Shown here: in pieces, positions 10,315 through 20,366 of the stretch
How the letters are laid out: each line of letters begins with the position of its first letter
How positions within the stretch are numbered: position 1 is the first letter of the stretch
Source of the DNA: an uncultured cyanobacterium
GTDB taxonomy: Bacteria; Cyanobacteriota; Cyanobacteriia; Phormidesmidales; Phormidesmidaceae
Length of the DNA stretch: 64,000 nt
Reading direction: 5' to 3'
Assembly: GCA_963793265.1 (NCBI GenBank)
Contig: CAWBZI010000004.1
Span: forward strand, 64,001 to 128,000
Program-made: the position numbers and the translations under genes
The notes under the pieces: model-generated
Seen by the model: only the letters and a program-made list of their open reading frames with translations
Databases searched by the model: none
What the model was told of the DNA's origin: nothing

Positions 10315-11439
10315 TTAATAACCCAGAATGTCTATTTGTACGGTGCCTACGCCTGAACTGATCAATCCGATTTGCTCGGCTGCGCCCATGGATAGGTCGA
10401 TAATGCGATCGCCTGCATAAGGCCCACGGTCATTAATCCGAACTGTGACCTGACGCCCGTTGTACAGGTTAGTCACAAGCACGCGGGTGCCAAAAGGCAG
10501 AGTCCGATGCGCTGCGGTGAGTGCATATTGGTTAAAGATTTCGCCGTTAGCACTCATTCTGCCGTCGAAGCCAGGGCCATACCAGGATGCGCCACCGACG
10601 TTGCTAGCAACAATCGCAACCTGCTGAGCAGGAGCGGCTTCTACAACAGGTTCAGGTTCGGGCTCGGGCAAGCCTTCAATCTCTGAGACAGGCTCAGCGT
10701 CACCGAGCAGCCGACGCAGGCGATTGGTGATCTGTAAAGCGTCTTCCGCCAGGTTTTCGGTGGTATCAGGTAAAATCGTGCGGCTGTCTAAAGAAAGCAG
10801 GTCTTCACCGGCTAGGGTGACGATGTAGCCTTCGTCTGATTCATTTTCATTCCAGCGAACTGAAAGATCGGTTGCTTCGATATCGCCTGTGACTAGCTCT
10901 TCACCTAAGTTAGAAGCTCTTAAAACAGGGTCGTTCTCTAAGCTAGCGTCTAGAACGTCTCCGGCAGAAGCCGCGCTGGCCTGAAGATTACTGGATGAAT
11001 CAGCAGCAGCGACCGAGACGGCATCGCTGTTGTTAGAAAGACTATCTACTTCAGTGCCAATAAAGGTGAGCACCGGGATGTCTTTTATATAAAGCGTGGC
11101 GGCACGGCGACCGTCAATCTCGTGAGCGTGAACCAAAACTTTGCTGTTATCAGCAGCAGGGTTGAGTTCGTTAGCAGCTTCAATCGATCCATTTGCTGGA
11201 TTGCTTGAGAGCGTAGCTGATGCGGGGATGTCGCTGAGTACTGAGCTATCTGAAATCAGTACGGGAATATCGGATGCTAGAGATGATTCTGTCAGAACTG
11301 ATGCAGAAGCATTTGTTCTTGGGGTGTCGCCAAGGGGCTGAGCACCTGTGATAGTTGCGTTTGCTCCTGATAGCACGAGGGCTATGGTTAAAGAGCGGGC
11401 GAACTGATGTTTGATTGAACCGTTAAAAAGCACAGACAT
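10315..11439 (-). CDS. rlpA: Septal ring lytic transglycosylase RlpA family protein
   Basis: C-terminal DPBB: 'ASWYGPGF.GR..ANGE', 'TAAHRTLPFGT', 'VRINDRGP', 'IIDLS'. Confidence 0.93.
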   Translation of the reverse strand: MSVLFNGSIKHQFARSLTIALVLSGANATITGAQPLGDTPRTNASASVLTESSLASDIPVLISDSSVLSDIPASATLSSNPANGSIEAANELNPAADNSKVLVHAHEIDGRRAATLYIKDIPVLTFIGTEVDSLSNNSDAVSVAAADSSSNLQASAASAGDVLDASLENDPVLRASNLGEELVTGDIEATDLSVRWNENESDEGYIVTLAGEDLLSLDSRTILPDTTENLAEDALQITNRLRRLLGDAEPVSEIEGLPEPEPEPVVEAAPAQQVAIVASNVGGASWYGPGFDGRMSANGEIFNQYALTAAHRTLPFGTRVLVTNLYNGRQVTVRINDRGPYAGDRIIDLSMGAAEQIGLISSGVGTVQIDILGY

Positions 11440-11993
11440 AATAGGCTACATCTCAGCGGCTCAGGCGATCGCCCTTGAGCGAATGACCTTTGTTTTGAGC
11501 CGGTGTGTCATAGCAGCGCTGAAACCTCGATATCGAATTAAACGAACATCGCTAATCTACATGACTAAAATTGCGCCAAGATCCGCATATTTTCGTGTCA
11601 ACTACCCAACAATAAGATTCATCGTATCTTCATAAAAAGTGTGAAATGACGAAATGTAAAGGCTTTGCAGGTGTATGACTCGCTACAAAATCATTTGACA
11701 ATGCTTATGACTTCCTAAAACTGTGTTCTGGATAACTAATCAATGAAGTCTGTTTTTTACTGTGCACAATAGAATAGTTTTTTTTAGACTATGCAACTTT
11801 ATGCATTGTTTTTGTCCCAAAAAGGAATTTACCACTACCCAAAACGCTGCTGAAATTCACATTGAGTAACCTCTGATTTACGTTGGGTGAGACACTAGAT
11901 ATGGATTTTCTCTACTGCTTTATTGCTAGGTTGAGGCGCAAACCTGGCTATATGTGTGAGTAGTTGTCAGATGTGAAGGGAGCAGCGTTAGCT

Positions 11994-13058
11994 ATGGACT
12001 ACCGGCAAGCAGGCGTAGATATAGAGGCGGGCCGTGCGTTCGTCGATAAGATTCGTGACATGGTGAATGGGACGTATCGGCCTGGGGTACTTGGGGGGCT
12101 TGGGGGCTTTGGGGGCTGCTTTGAGATTCCTGATGGCTATCGGAAGCCTGTGCTGGTGTCGGGTACAGACGGCGTGGGTACGAAGCTGAAGATTGCTCAG
12201 GTGCTAGACCGGCACGATACGGTGGGCATCGATTTGGTGGCAATGTGCGTCAATGACGTGCTGACGATTGGCGCGGAGCCACTATTTTTTCTGGACTATT
12301 TGGCGACGGGAAAGCTGGCTCCTGAGCAGTTGGCGCAGGTTGTTGCTGGAATTGCAGGCGGCTGTAAGACTTCGGGGTGCGCGCTGCTAGGGGGTGAGAC
12401 GGCAGAGATGCCGGGGTTTTATGGGCCGGGCGAGTATGACCTAGCGGGCTTTTGTGTGGGGATTGTGGAGAAAGATCGGATGCTGGATGGCTCGAAGGTG
12501 GCGGTGGGCGATCGCCTGATCGGTCTGGCAAGTAGCGGCGTGCACAGCAATGGCTTTAGCCTGGTGCGAAAAATTGTGGCCGAGGGCGAACGGGATGCGC
12601 GTGAGGCGGGGCGGCCTGCTGGCTACGATTGGGCGGAAAAACCAGCGGCGTTTGGCGGCGAGTCTTTGGGTGAGATGTTACTGAAGCCGACTCAGCTATA
12701 TGTGAAGCCGGTTTTGGCGGCGCTGGCCTCTAATTTGACGATTCATGGCATGGCACATATCACCGGGGGCGGACTGCCGGAGAATTTGCCTCGGTGCTTG
12801 GGCGCAGGTCAGTCTATTCAGCTAAAGGCTAGGAGCTGGCAAATTCCGCCTGTGTTTGACTGGCTGCGCGAGGCGGGCGGGGTAAGCGTGGCGAATATGT
12901 ACAACACCTTTAATATGGGCGTTGGTTTTGTGGTGATTGTGCCGCCAGATGAGGCTGAAGCGGCCCGCGCTCAGTTTGCAGGTGAAGGAATCGAGGCGGC
13001 GATCATTGGTGAGGTGGTGAAAGGGTCGGGGGAATTACTCGGGGTGCCAGTGAATTGA
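11994..13058 (+). CDS. purM: Phosphoribosylformylglycinamidine cyclo-ligase (AIR synthase)
   Basis: 'MDYRQAGVD', 'GTDGVGTKL', 'GGETAEMP', 'HITGGG', 'FNMG'; ATG at 11994 preferred over the TTG at 11964. Confidence 0.97.
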   Translation: MDYRQAGVDIEAGRAFVDKIRDMVNGTYRPGVLGGLGGFGGCFEIPDGYRKPVLVSGTDGVGTKLKIAQVLDRHDTVGIDLVAMCVNDVLTIGAEPLFFLDYLATGKLAPEQLAQVVAGIAGGCKTSGCALLGGETAEMPGFYGPGEYDLAGFCVGIVEKDRMLDGSKVAVGDRLIGLASSGVHSNGFSLVRKIVAEGERDAREAGRPAGYDWAEKPAAFGGESLGEMLLKPTQLYVKPVLAALASNLTIHGMAHITGGGLPENLPRCLGAGQSIQLKARSWQIPPVFDWLREAGGVSVANMYNTFNMGVGFVVIVPPDEAEAARAQFAGEGIEAAIIGEVVKGSGELLGVPVN

Positions 13059-13225
13059 CAGAGCAGATCGGTAAACAGCACCTAAATGTGCGGAGCTTAA
13101 CAATAGATAAAGGTGTTTTGTGCCTGGCTCTTGGGGCGGGGCTTGCTTATCAAGTTAGGCTGTATTAAGCATGAGGCTTTGGTTTTTGGCTTTGGCCTCT
13201 CTCTATATAAGAAGGAGTTTTTGCG

Positions 13226-14068
13226 TTGAGTGCAAGTAAAGGAAATAGTCAGCCGGTTTTTATTGCAGCGATCGCGACGGTTGTTGCGATTGTGCTGGCG
13301 AGTAGCTTTGTGATTATCAATCCAGGGCAAGCAGGCGTGTTAAGCGTGTTGGGGTCGGCCCAAGACGGCGTGCTGCTAGAGGGCATTCATTTGAAGCCGC
13401 CGTTCGTGTCGTACGTAGATGTGTACGACATTACGGTGCAAAAGTTTGAGGTGCCTGCTGAGAGTTCGACGAAAGATTTGCAGGATTTGAAGGCGCGCTT
13501 TGCGATTAACTTTCGCTTAGAGCCTGAGCGCATGGTGGATATCCGCCGTAAGCAGGGGTCGCTCTCTAATATTGTGAACAAGATTATTGCGCCCCAAACG
13601 CAGGAGTCTTTTAAGGTGGCAGCGGCCAGGCGTACCGTAGAGCAAGCGATTACGCAGCGGGCCATTTTGAAAGAAGACTTTGATAATGCGCTAGCGCTGC
13701 GGCTAGAGAAATACGGGATTGATGTGCTTGATACGAGCGTAGTTGACCTGACGTTTTCTCCAGAGTTTTCACGTGCGGTAGAAGAAAAGCAAATTGCTGA
13801 GCAAAGAGCGCAGCGGGCTGTATATGTGGCGCAAGAGGCTGAGCAAGAAGCGCAGGCTGAAATTAACCGGGCTAAAGGTAGGGCCGAATCGCAGCGCCTG
13901 ATTGCCGATACGCTAAAAGCACAGGGCGGTAAGCTGGTGCTACAAAAAGAGGCAATTGAGGCTTGGAGAGCAGGCGGCGCGCAGATGCCTCGGGTGCTGG
14001 TGACTGGGGGAAGTGACGGTAGCGGCAGCGTACCGTTTATCTTTAATCTGGAAAAAGACGATCAGTAG
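13226..14068 (+). CDS. Prohibitin / SPFH (band 7) family membrane protein
   Basis: N-terminal TM, 'TKDLQ', 'FSPEFSRAVEEKQIAEQ.A.RA' coiled coil. Confidence 0.92.
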   Translation: MSASKGNSQPVFIAAIATVVAIVLASSFVIINPGQAGVLSVLGSAQDGVLLEGIHLKPPFVSYVDVYDITVQKFEVPAESSTKDLQDLKARFAINFRLEPERMVDIRRKQGSLSNIVNKIIAPQTQESFKVAAARRTVEQAITQRAILKEDFDNALALRLEKYGIDVLDTSVVDLTFSPEFSRAVEEKQIAEQRAQRAVYVAQEAEQEAQAEINRAKGRAESQRLIADTLKAQGGKLVLQKEAIEAWRAGGAQMPRVLVTGGSDGSGSVPFIFNLEKDDQ

Positions 14069-14150
14069 GTTGCCTTTGGGAGCATAGATAGCTCTGTCTT
14101 TGGGCGGATAAACAAAACTGTTTCATTGCTTATCGTTCGCTTGATAAACA

Positions 14151-15050
14151 ATGCCGTTGTTAACCCACCCGAGTGCTGCCATGATCTCTGCTAAAGCTTC
14201 GCCAAATGCATCCGCTTCCGGCCAGTTTACGCTTTCAGATCGATCTGTAAATCGGCTGGGATATGGCGCGATGAGAATCACAGGCGAAGGCGTATGGGGC
14301 GAGCCCGAAGACAGAGCCGAAGCGTTGCGCGTCTTAAAACGTCTGCCAGAACTCGGGATTAACTTTATCGATACGGCAGATAGCTATGGGCCTTTTGTCT
14401 CTGAAGATCTGATTGCTGAAGCACTGTATCCTTACGACGGCCTGTTTATTGCAACTAAAGGTGGGCTCACTCGACATGGGCCTGGCAAGTGGCCAGTTTT
14501 AGGACGGCCTGAGTACTTGCGTCAGTGCGTGCTGATGAGTTTGCGACGGCTCAAGGTAGAACAGTTAGACCTGTGGCAACTGCACCGCATTGACCCCAAG
14601 GTTCCTCAAGATGAACAGTTTGGCGCGATCGCTGACATGTTGAGCGATGGGCTGATTGCTCATGCCGGGCTTAGCCAGGTTTCAATCGAAGAGATAGAAG
14701 CGGCGCGTAAGATATTTCCGGTGACGACCGTGCAAAATCGCTATAACTTAGCCGACAGAGCTGATGAAGCGGTACTTGAGTATTGTGAGCGCGAGGGGAT
14801 AGGGTTTATCCCCTGGTTTCCTTTGGCAGCAGGTGATCTGGCTAATCCAGGCGGTGTGGTAGATAGCATTGCCAAAGCCCATGATGCATCCCCTGGACAG
14901 GTGGCACTCGCTTGGATATTAAAGCGCAGCCCTATGATGTTGCCAATTCCAGGCACTAGCAAAGTTTCGCACTTAGAAGAGAACGTTGCTGCTGCGCAAA
15001 TTGAGCTATCGGACGATGACTTTCAGCAACTTAACGAAGCCGCCCAATAG
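14151..15050 (+). CDS. Aldo/keto reductase
   Basis: 'LGYGAMR', 'DTADSYG', 'ATKGG', 'SLRRL..E.LDL..LH', 'IPGTS...HLEEN'. Confidence 0.93.
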   Translation: MPLLTHPSAAMISAKASPNASASGQFTLSDRSVNRLGYGAMRITGEGVWGEPEDRAEALRVLKRLPELGINFIDTADSYGPFVSEDLIAEALYPYDGLFIATKGGLTRHGPGKWPVLGRPEYLRQCVLMSLRRLKVEQLDLWQLHRIDPKVPQDEQFGAIADMLSDGLIAHAGLSQVSIEEIEAARKIFPVTTVQNRYNLADRADEAVLEYCEREGIGFIPWFPLAAGDLANPGGVVDSIAKAHDASPGQVALAWILKRSPMMLPIPGTSKVSHLEENVAAAQIELSDDDFQQLNEAAQ

Positions 15051-15095
15051 GCCGCGCTGTCCGTTGGCCGTCCGACTATTCGATACAATGTATCG

Positions 15096-15323
15096 ATGAA
15101 CTATATTATCTTTTGGATTTTTGGATTCGGCACCCTTTGGGCAGGACTAAAGCTATTTGATGACGAGGTGCTTTTGATTGTGACGATCCTTGTGGGCTCA
15201 GGATTGGTGCTGATGGGCCTGTTCTCTTCTCCTGTGCAGCTACAGGTTGGTGTTGAAGTATTCCTCGTCTTCAATCTGTTCTACATTTGCATGGAGTGTA
15301 TTAGGCGCGGCGATCAACAGTAG
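15096..15323 (+). CDS. Small membrane hypothetical protein
   Basis: 75 aa with about three hydrophobic segments, in operon-like spacing. Confidence 0.65.
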   Translation: MNYIIFWIFGFGTLWAGLKLFDDEVLLIVTILVGSGLVLMGLFSSPVQLQVGVEVFLVFNLFYICMECIRRGDQQ

Positions 15324-15335
15324 GCTTATCAGAGT

Positions 15336-16244
15336 ATGACGCAGCTGCAAAAGAGCGATTTAGCAGAAAAAAACGACCGCTGGGACACCTGGCAAGCATT
15401 CAAGGCCGATCAGCAAGAAATGCTGCTACCTGCGGGCATGGCCGCTCATATTTCGGTAACTATTCGGTACATAGACGAGGGAGAGCCAGCGCAGGGTACT
15501 GTTTTGCTAATGCATGGTATTCCGACCTGGGGATATCTGTATCACGAGATTATTCCGCCTTTGGTGCAAGCAGGCTATCGAGTGCTGGCACCCGATTTTT
15601 TAGGGCATGGCTGGTCGGATAGACGCGATCGCTTCGACCGTTCCTTTCAAGCTCAGGCAAAAATGATTGTCTCCTTCCTATCGGTGCTCGGCTTGAGCGC
15701 AGTAGACGTTGTTGGTCATGATACTGGTGGGGCAGTCGCTTTAATTCTGGCAATTGAACATGCGGCCTGTGTCAACCGTCTTGTGATTACAAACTCAGTC
15801 TGCTACGACCGATTTGACGACGATATGCTTGATTTTGGTCATCCGCTCAGGTGGAAGTCTCGCCCTCTATCAGAGCTGGTTGAGGCGCTAGAAGAGAGTC
15901 TTGATATGGGTATTACAAACAAAGCGAGACTTACCGATGATTTTAAGGAAGGTATTATTGCACCCTGGGCTAGCAAAGAAGGTAAATTAAGCCTGCTTCG
16001 CAACGCCTCTGCGCTCAATGCAAATCAAACAATGGCCCTTGTTGATCGCCACAGCAGTATTTCTGCGCCAACGCTAATTTTATGGGGTATGGACGACCCC
16101 TGGCAAAAGTCGGAAGATGGAAGACAGCTAGCAAGTGAGATTCCGAATGCTATCTTTGAACCCATAGAAAATGCATCTCATTGGATACAACAAGATACGC
16201 CAAAACAGTTTTTTAATGCCGTTCTCGCGTTCTTTAAAAACTAG
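15336..16244 (+). CDS. Alpha/beta hydrolase of the epoxide hydrolase / haloalkane dehalogenase type
   Basis: 'HGIP' oxyanion motif, 'PDFLGHGWS', Asp nucleophile elbow 'GHDTGG', C-terminal 'ASHW'. Confidence 0.85.
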   Translation: MTQLQKSDLAEKNDRWDTWQAFKADQQEMLLPAGMAAHISVTIRYIDEGEPAQGTVLLMHGIPTWGYLYHEIIPPLVQAGYRVLAPDFLGHGWSDRRDRFDRSFQAQAKMIVSFLSVLGLSAVDVVGHDTGGAVALILAIEHAACVNRLVITNSVCYDRFDDDMLDFGHPLRWKSRPLSELVEALEESLDMGITNKARLTDDFKEGIIAPWASKEGKLSLLRNASALNANQTMALVDRHSSISAPTLILWGMDDPWQKSEDGRQLASEIPNAIFEPIENASHWIQQDTPKQFFNAVLAFFKN

Positions 16245-16302
16245 CTGGTAGAGAAATTTGTCACGATTGCTTCAGTTTCATCTACCTTCTCAAAACTTGT
16301 TT

Positions 16303-19245
16303 TCACAAAACCTGGTCTATTTGCTGTGCCAGCTCAAACACATGAGGCGGGCGAAACATGCTCATATGACCACCCGAGTTAGTGATTACTTTGATATCGC
16401 CTTGAACATAGCGCGACCAACCTAAATCATTCTCAACAACGACTTCGTTTTCAGGTGTCTCAAGTGCTCGAACGACCAAAAGATTATCAGGATAGTGGGA
16501 TAGCGTGTATTGCTGGGCGAGTTTGCTATGGTGGCGACGAGCGGTTTGGGTTAGCGTACTGCTTGGACGCTTGGGCTGTTCTTGAAAGCTGCTATGTTTT
16601 GCTAGAAACCTGCTAATTTTGCCTTGTTCATACTGGTAGCGCTTGACTATTTTGGCTTTCATGTAGCTAAGGCCGTCTTCGCGAAACTCTTGCCAGTAAG
16701 CTTGATATCTGCTGGCGGTAGATTCTACGTACCGGGCTCCTGGGGCGTGGTGGTCAAACAATATTAGCTGCGCTACAGATTCGTTCTGCTTAATAAGCTG
16801 TTGCGCGATTTCGTAAGATAGTAATCCTCCGAAGGAAGCGCCGCCTAAGTAGTAAGGGCCGTGAGGCTGGATGAGCTGAATTTGTTCGATGTAGTATTTG
16901 GCGGTTGCTTCAATGCTGTTGAATGTGGGGCTCTCTGCATCTGCAAAGGCTGATGTGACGCCGTAGATAGAGCGATGGGTTTTTAGGTGCTGAACGAGTG
17001 GCTGATAGAAGAGAACGCTTGACCCTAATGCATGAATAAGGAATAGTGGTTGATTTTTAGCGCTATCTGTTTGTTTTTGATCAGGTCTTAGCGGGATAAT
17101 CAGGGAGGGTGTGACCGTTGTTGTGTTGGGTGCTTTGGAATCAGGGCTTGTAGCGTTTTTGTTGGATTCTATGGTGAGTAGCTGTGCGGCGATCGCGCGA
17201 ATGGTCGGCGTTTGAAAAAGCTGGTTGAGTGGAAATGCTAGGCCGGTTTGGTGTTCGAGTGCGGCAAATGCCTGCTGGGCTAGGATTGAGGTGCCGCCTA
17301 AGTCGAAGAAACTATCGTCGATGCCGATAGGACGAACGCCGAGACAATCTTCCCAAATCTGTACGAGATTTTGTTCTAGTGGCGTATGCGGTTCGGCAAA
17401 GGCGTTGGTGAGGACATCGGCAGATTTTGGTCGAGAAAGAATAGGAGAGGGCGTAGTAGCGTTGGATAAAAGCCAGTAAGACTGATGGTCGAAGGCGTAG
17501 GTTGGCAGATCTACAAATTGGCAACAGGTTGAGCTGTAGAGCTTTGACCAGTCAATTTTTACGCCTTTTTCCCACTGCTGAACAAGATGCTGGAGGGCAG
17601 TGATTCTCTCTGTAGGCGCAGCCCCTTCTCTGGGATAGGTTTCGGATGAGAGGGTCTGACGCTGGGCGCGCCGGGTGATTGTTTGGCCGATGGGGTCTGA
17701 AGACTTGTAGGCGTGTTCGAGCTGCTGTTGGAGGTCTTGAAAAGAGGTGGTGACGATTGCCAGGCGACGAGAGAAGTGCGATCGCCGCCTACTTGCTGTG
17801 TAGCAAACATCCCTTAAACCCCAGCCTTCTTGCGCGCCTAGAACCGTTTTATAGCGGTGGATAAGCCCTCTCAATGCCTGCTCGCTTTTGGCAGAGAGCA
17901 CTAATATCTCTGGCTGACTATGGCGCGATGTATCGGCTTCAATATTGGCGCTATCTAGTCCTGATAGCACCATATGAACGTTGGTACCGCCTAATCCAAA
18001 TCCGCTGATGCTGGCGATCGCACCGCCATTTTCACCATCATCCTCATCGCCAGCCCTCTGAGGCCAATCCATCAGCGCTGAAGGCAATTTGAGCTTTGCT
18101 TTGTGCCAATCAATGTAATCGCTAGGCGTTTGGCAGTGTAGATGGGGCGGAATTTGCTGGTGGTAAAGCGAAAGCGCCACTTTCATCAGCCCTGCCATAC
18201 CAGAGGCCACTTCTGCGTTGCCTATGTTTGTTTTCACAGAGCCCACAGCACATGGATTATCATCATCACGCGCTGCTGAGAGCACTTCACCGAGCGTATT
18301 GAGTTCTAGCGCATCGCCTAGCGGCGTACTAGACCCGTGAGCTTCGACGTATTGCACCCGGTTAGGCGCAATGTCTGCCTGCTGATAGGCCCTTTGGATG
18401 AGATCTTTTTGCGCTTTGGGATTTGGCCCGGTGAGTCCGTTGCCCCTGCCGTTGTGGTTGAGGGCGCTGCCTTGAATAGTGGCATAGATGCGATCGCTAT
18501 CTTCTACCGCTACCTCTAGTGGCTTAAGAATCACGACGCCTGCCCCTTCACCGCGAACGTAGCCGTCAGCGTTCGTGTCAAAAATTCGACAGCGATCGGA
18601 CGTGGAGAGAAATCCTGTTCCTTTTAATCTTTTAGTGGTTGTATCCGACAAAATCAGGTTGATGCCACAGACGATAGCCATGGTGGATTCGCCGCAGCGG
18701 ATACTTTGAACGGCTTGATGTATGGCGACTAATGACGAAGAGCAAGCTGTATTAATTGCAACGCTTGGCCCCTGAAGATTTAGCTGATATGAGAGTCGAT
18801 TAGCGGCAATACAAGGGTTAACGCTTGTCGCGCCATAGCTATCATCGTTAGCTTTTGCAAAAGACTTTGTTATCTGGTCGTAGCGGCTGTCTACGATGGC
18901 TGTAAAAACGCCTGTACGACTTCCGGCTAAATGGGCAGGTACCTGTCCGGCATCTTCTAGTGCTTCCCAGGCAATCTCTAGCAGTAGGCGCTGCTGAGGA
19001 TCTAGCGAGTTTGCCTCTTCGGGTGTGATTCCGAAGAAATGAGGATCGAACTGGTCGATATCTGATAAAAAACCGCCTACCGTCTCGTCTGTGTCTGCTG
19101 GAAAAAGTGCCTGTCGCTCAGGAGAGGGCAAGGCAATGGCGTCTTTTCCCTGCTTTAGCATCTGCCAAAATTCGTCTGGTGACTTAGCGCCCGGAAAGCG
19201 ACAGCCAAGACCAATGATTGCAACTGAGGTTTGAGATTTTGACAT
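16303..19245 (-). CDS. AT-less type I PKS-like protein: KS - flanking subdomain - carrier (PCP-like) - thioesterase
   Basis: KS 'DPQQRLLLE', 'TACSSS', 'EAHGSST', 'KTNIGN'; 'LPTYAF..SYW' with no AT GHSxG motif; carrier 'FFDLGGTSIL'; TE 'GASFGG' and 'GHMSM'. Confidence 0.9.
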   Translation of the reverse strand: MSKSQTSVAIIGLGCRFPGAKSPDEFWQMLKQGKDAIALPSPERQALFPADTDETVGGFLSDIDQFDPHFFGITPEEANSLDPQQRLLLEIAWEALEDAGQVPAHLAGSRTGVFTAIVDSRYDQITKSFAKANDDSYGATSVNPCIAANRLSYQLNLQGPSVAINTACSSSLVAIHQAVQSIRCGESTMAIVCGINLILSDTTTKRLKGTGFLSTSDRCRIFDTNADGYVRGEGAGVVILKPLEVAVEDSDRIYATIQGSALNHNGRGNGLTGPNPKAQKDLIQRAYQQADIAPNRVQYVEAHGSSTPLGDALELNTLGEVLSAARDDDNPCAVGSVKTNIGNAEVASGMAGLMKVALSLYHQQIPPHLHCQTPSDYIDWHKAKLKLPSALMDWPQRAGDEDDGENGGAIASISGFGLGGTNVHMVLSGLDSANIEADTSRHSQPEILVLSAKSEQALRGLIHRYKTVLGAQEGWGLRDVCYTASRRRSHFSRRLAIVTTSFQDLQQQLEHAYKSSDPIGQTITRRAQRQTLSSETYPREGAAPTERITALQHLVQQWEKGVKIDWSKLYSSTCCQFVDLPTYAFDHQSYWLLSNATTPSPILSRPKSADVLTNAFAEPHTPLEQNLVQIWEDCLGVRPIGIDDSFFDLGGTSILAQQAFAALEHQTGLAFPLNQLFQTPTIRAIAAQLLTIESNKNATSPDSKAPNTTTVTPSLIIPLRPDQKQTDSAKNQPLFLIHALGSSVLFYQPLVQHLKTHRSIYGVTSAFADAESPTFNSIEATAKYYIEQIQLIQPHGPYYLGGASFGGLLSYEIAQQLIKQNESVAQLILFDHHAPGARYVESTASRYQAYWQEFREDGLSYMKAKIVKRYQYEQGKISRFLAKHSSFQEQPKRPSSTLTQTARRHHSKLAQQYTLSHYPDNLLVVRALETPENEVVVENDLGWSRYVQGDIKVITNSGGHMSMFRPPHVFELAQQIDQVL

Positions 19246-19277
19246 GATGGCGTTTGAGTAAGGCTGGCTGTGATGGG

Positions 19278-20366
19278 CTAGTTGATAGGGGCAGGTGAGT
19301 TGCCTAATGCCGCAAGAATTTTGCGATCGCCGCTATACGATCGCCGTCCGTGGGCTACCAAGAAATTGTCGAGCACTAGCACGTCGCCTTTTTGCCAGGA
19401 GAATACGGTAGCTTCGCTATCGGCGCAGTCGCAGAGGGTCTGAATTTCTTCGGGTGAAATGGGTGAGCCGTCGCCATAGGTGGCATTCATTGGCATGTTT
19501 TCTTCACCGATCATGTTGCACAATAGCTGTCCTGCTTTACCGTAGGCTCCGTAATGAAATATTTGGGGCTGACAGAACCACACAGTTTCGCCTGTGATGG
19601 GGTGCTGGGTGATCGCAGGCAAAACCTGATGGGTTACTAGGGTGCCGTTCTCTTTCCAGACGTATTGAATATCGCTTTGGTTTAAGAACGCTTCTACTTC
19701 GGTGCGATCGCTGGTTTCAAACTGTTGCTGCCAGGGCTTTCCTAGTAGCTCAAATGGTTTCTGCTCACCATCGACCATGTTTTTTGTATAGCGAATTTTC
19801 CTATCTAAAAAGCGCTGACGCAAATCTGCTGGAATCTTTTGATAGATAGCGGCGGTACTGGCAATAGGCGTTTGGCCCTCTGTTGCTGGCGGCGTTTCGC
19901 AAAAGAACACTATTTTGTGAGGTGCCCAGCAGGTGTAAGACAGCTCAGTATGAAGCGGGATGGGTTTGGAGGCTACGTAGTTTGTAGAAGTGTAGATTAG
20001 ATTATGAACCCGACTGCGAGGAGAACTTCCTTGCGTATAAGGCACACATTTTATTTGAAGGGCGATGACGACCTGCTCAAACATTTCAGCAGTTTGAACG
20101 CCGCACCCTCGCAAAAGAATACCGCCGTGCTTTAGTAAAGTCTCTTCGATCCAGCGTCTATGTTCTGTTATCCATGTCAGCAAAAGCTTGAATGCGTCAT
20201 CCTCAGACTCCGGCATGGTTAGCACTAGCGGGAGCAAGCAATCTGCTGCAAACAGAGATGCCCTGAGGGGTTGCGGGCAGTGCATAGGGGCAATCGTTAT
20301 TGGCATGTCTAGTTCTTTACAATATTTGGCTGCTGATAAAACCGGCTCGAAACGCTGCCTTATCAA
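19278..20366 (-). CDS. TauD/TfdA-family Fe(II)/2-oxoglutarate dioxygenase, SyrP-like
   Basis: 'HGGILLRG', 'PLHTELSY' (HxE), 'WQKGDVLVLDN...HGR'; alternative ATG at 20306. Confidence 0.88.
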   Translation of the reverse strand: MIRQRFEPVLSAAKYCKELDMPITIAPMHCPQPLRASLFAADCLLPLVLTMPESEDDAFKLLLTWITEHRRWIEETLLKHGGILLRGCGVQTAEMFEQVVIALQIKCVPYTQGSSPRSRVHNLIYTSTNYVASKPIPLHTELSYTCWAPHKIVFFCETPPATEGQTPIASTAAIYQKIPADLRQRFLDRKIRYTKNMVDGEQKPFELLGKPWQQQFETSDRTEVEAFLNQSDIQYVWKENGTLVTHQVLPAITQHPITGETVWFCQPQIFHYGAYGKAGQLLCNMIGEENMPMNATYGDGSPISPEEIQTLCDCADSEATVFSWQKGDVLVLDNFLVAHGRRSYSGDRKILAALGNSPAPIN

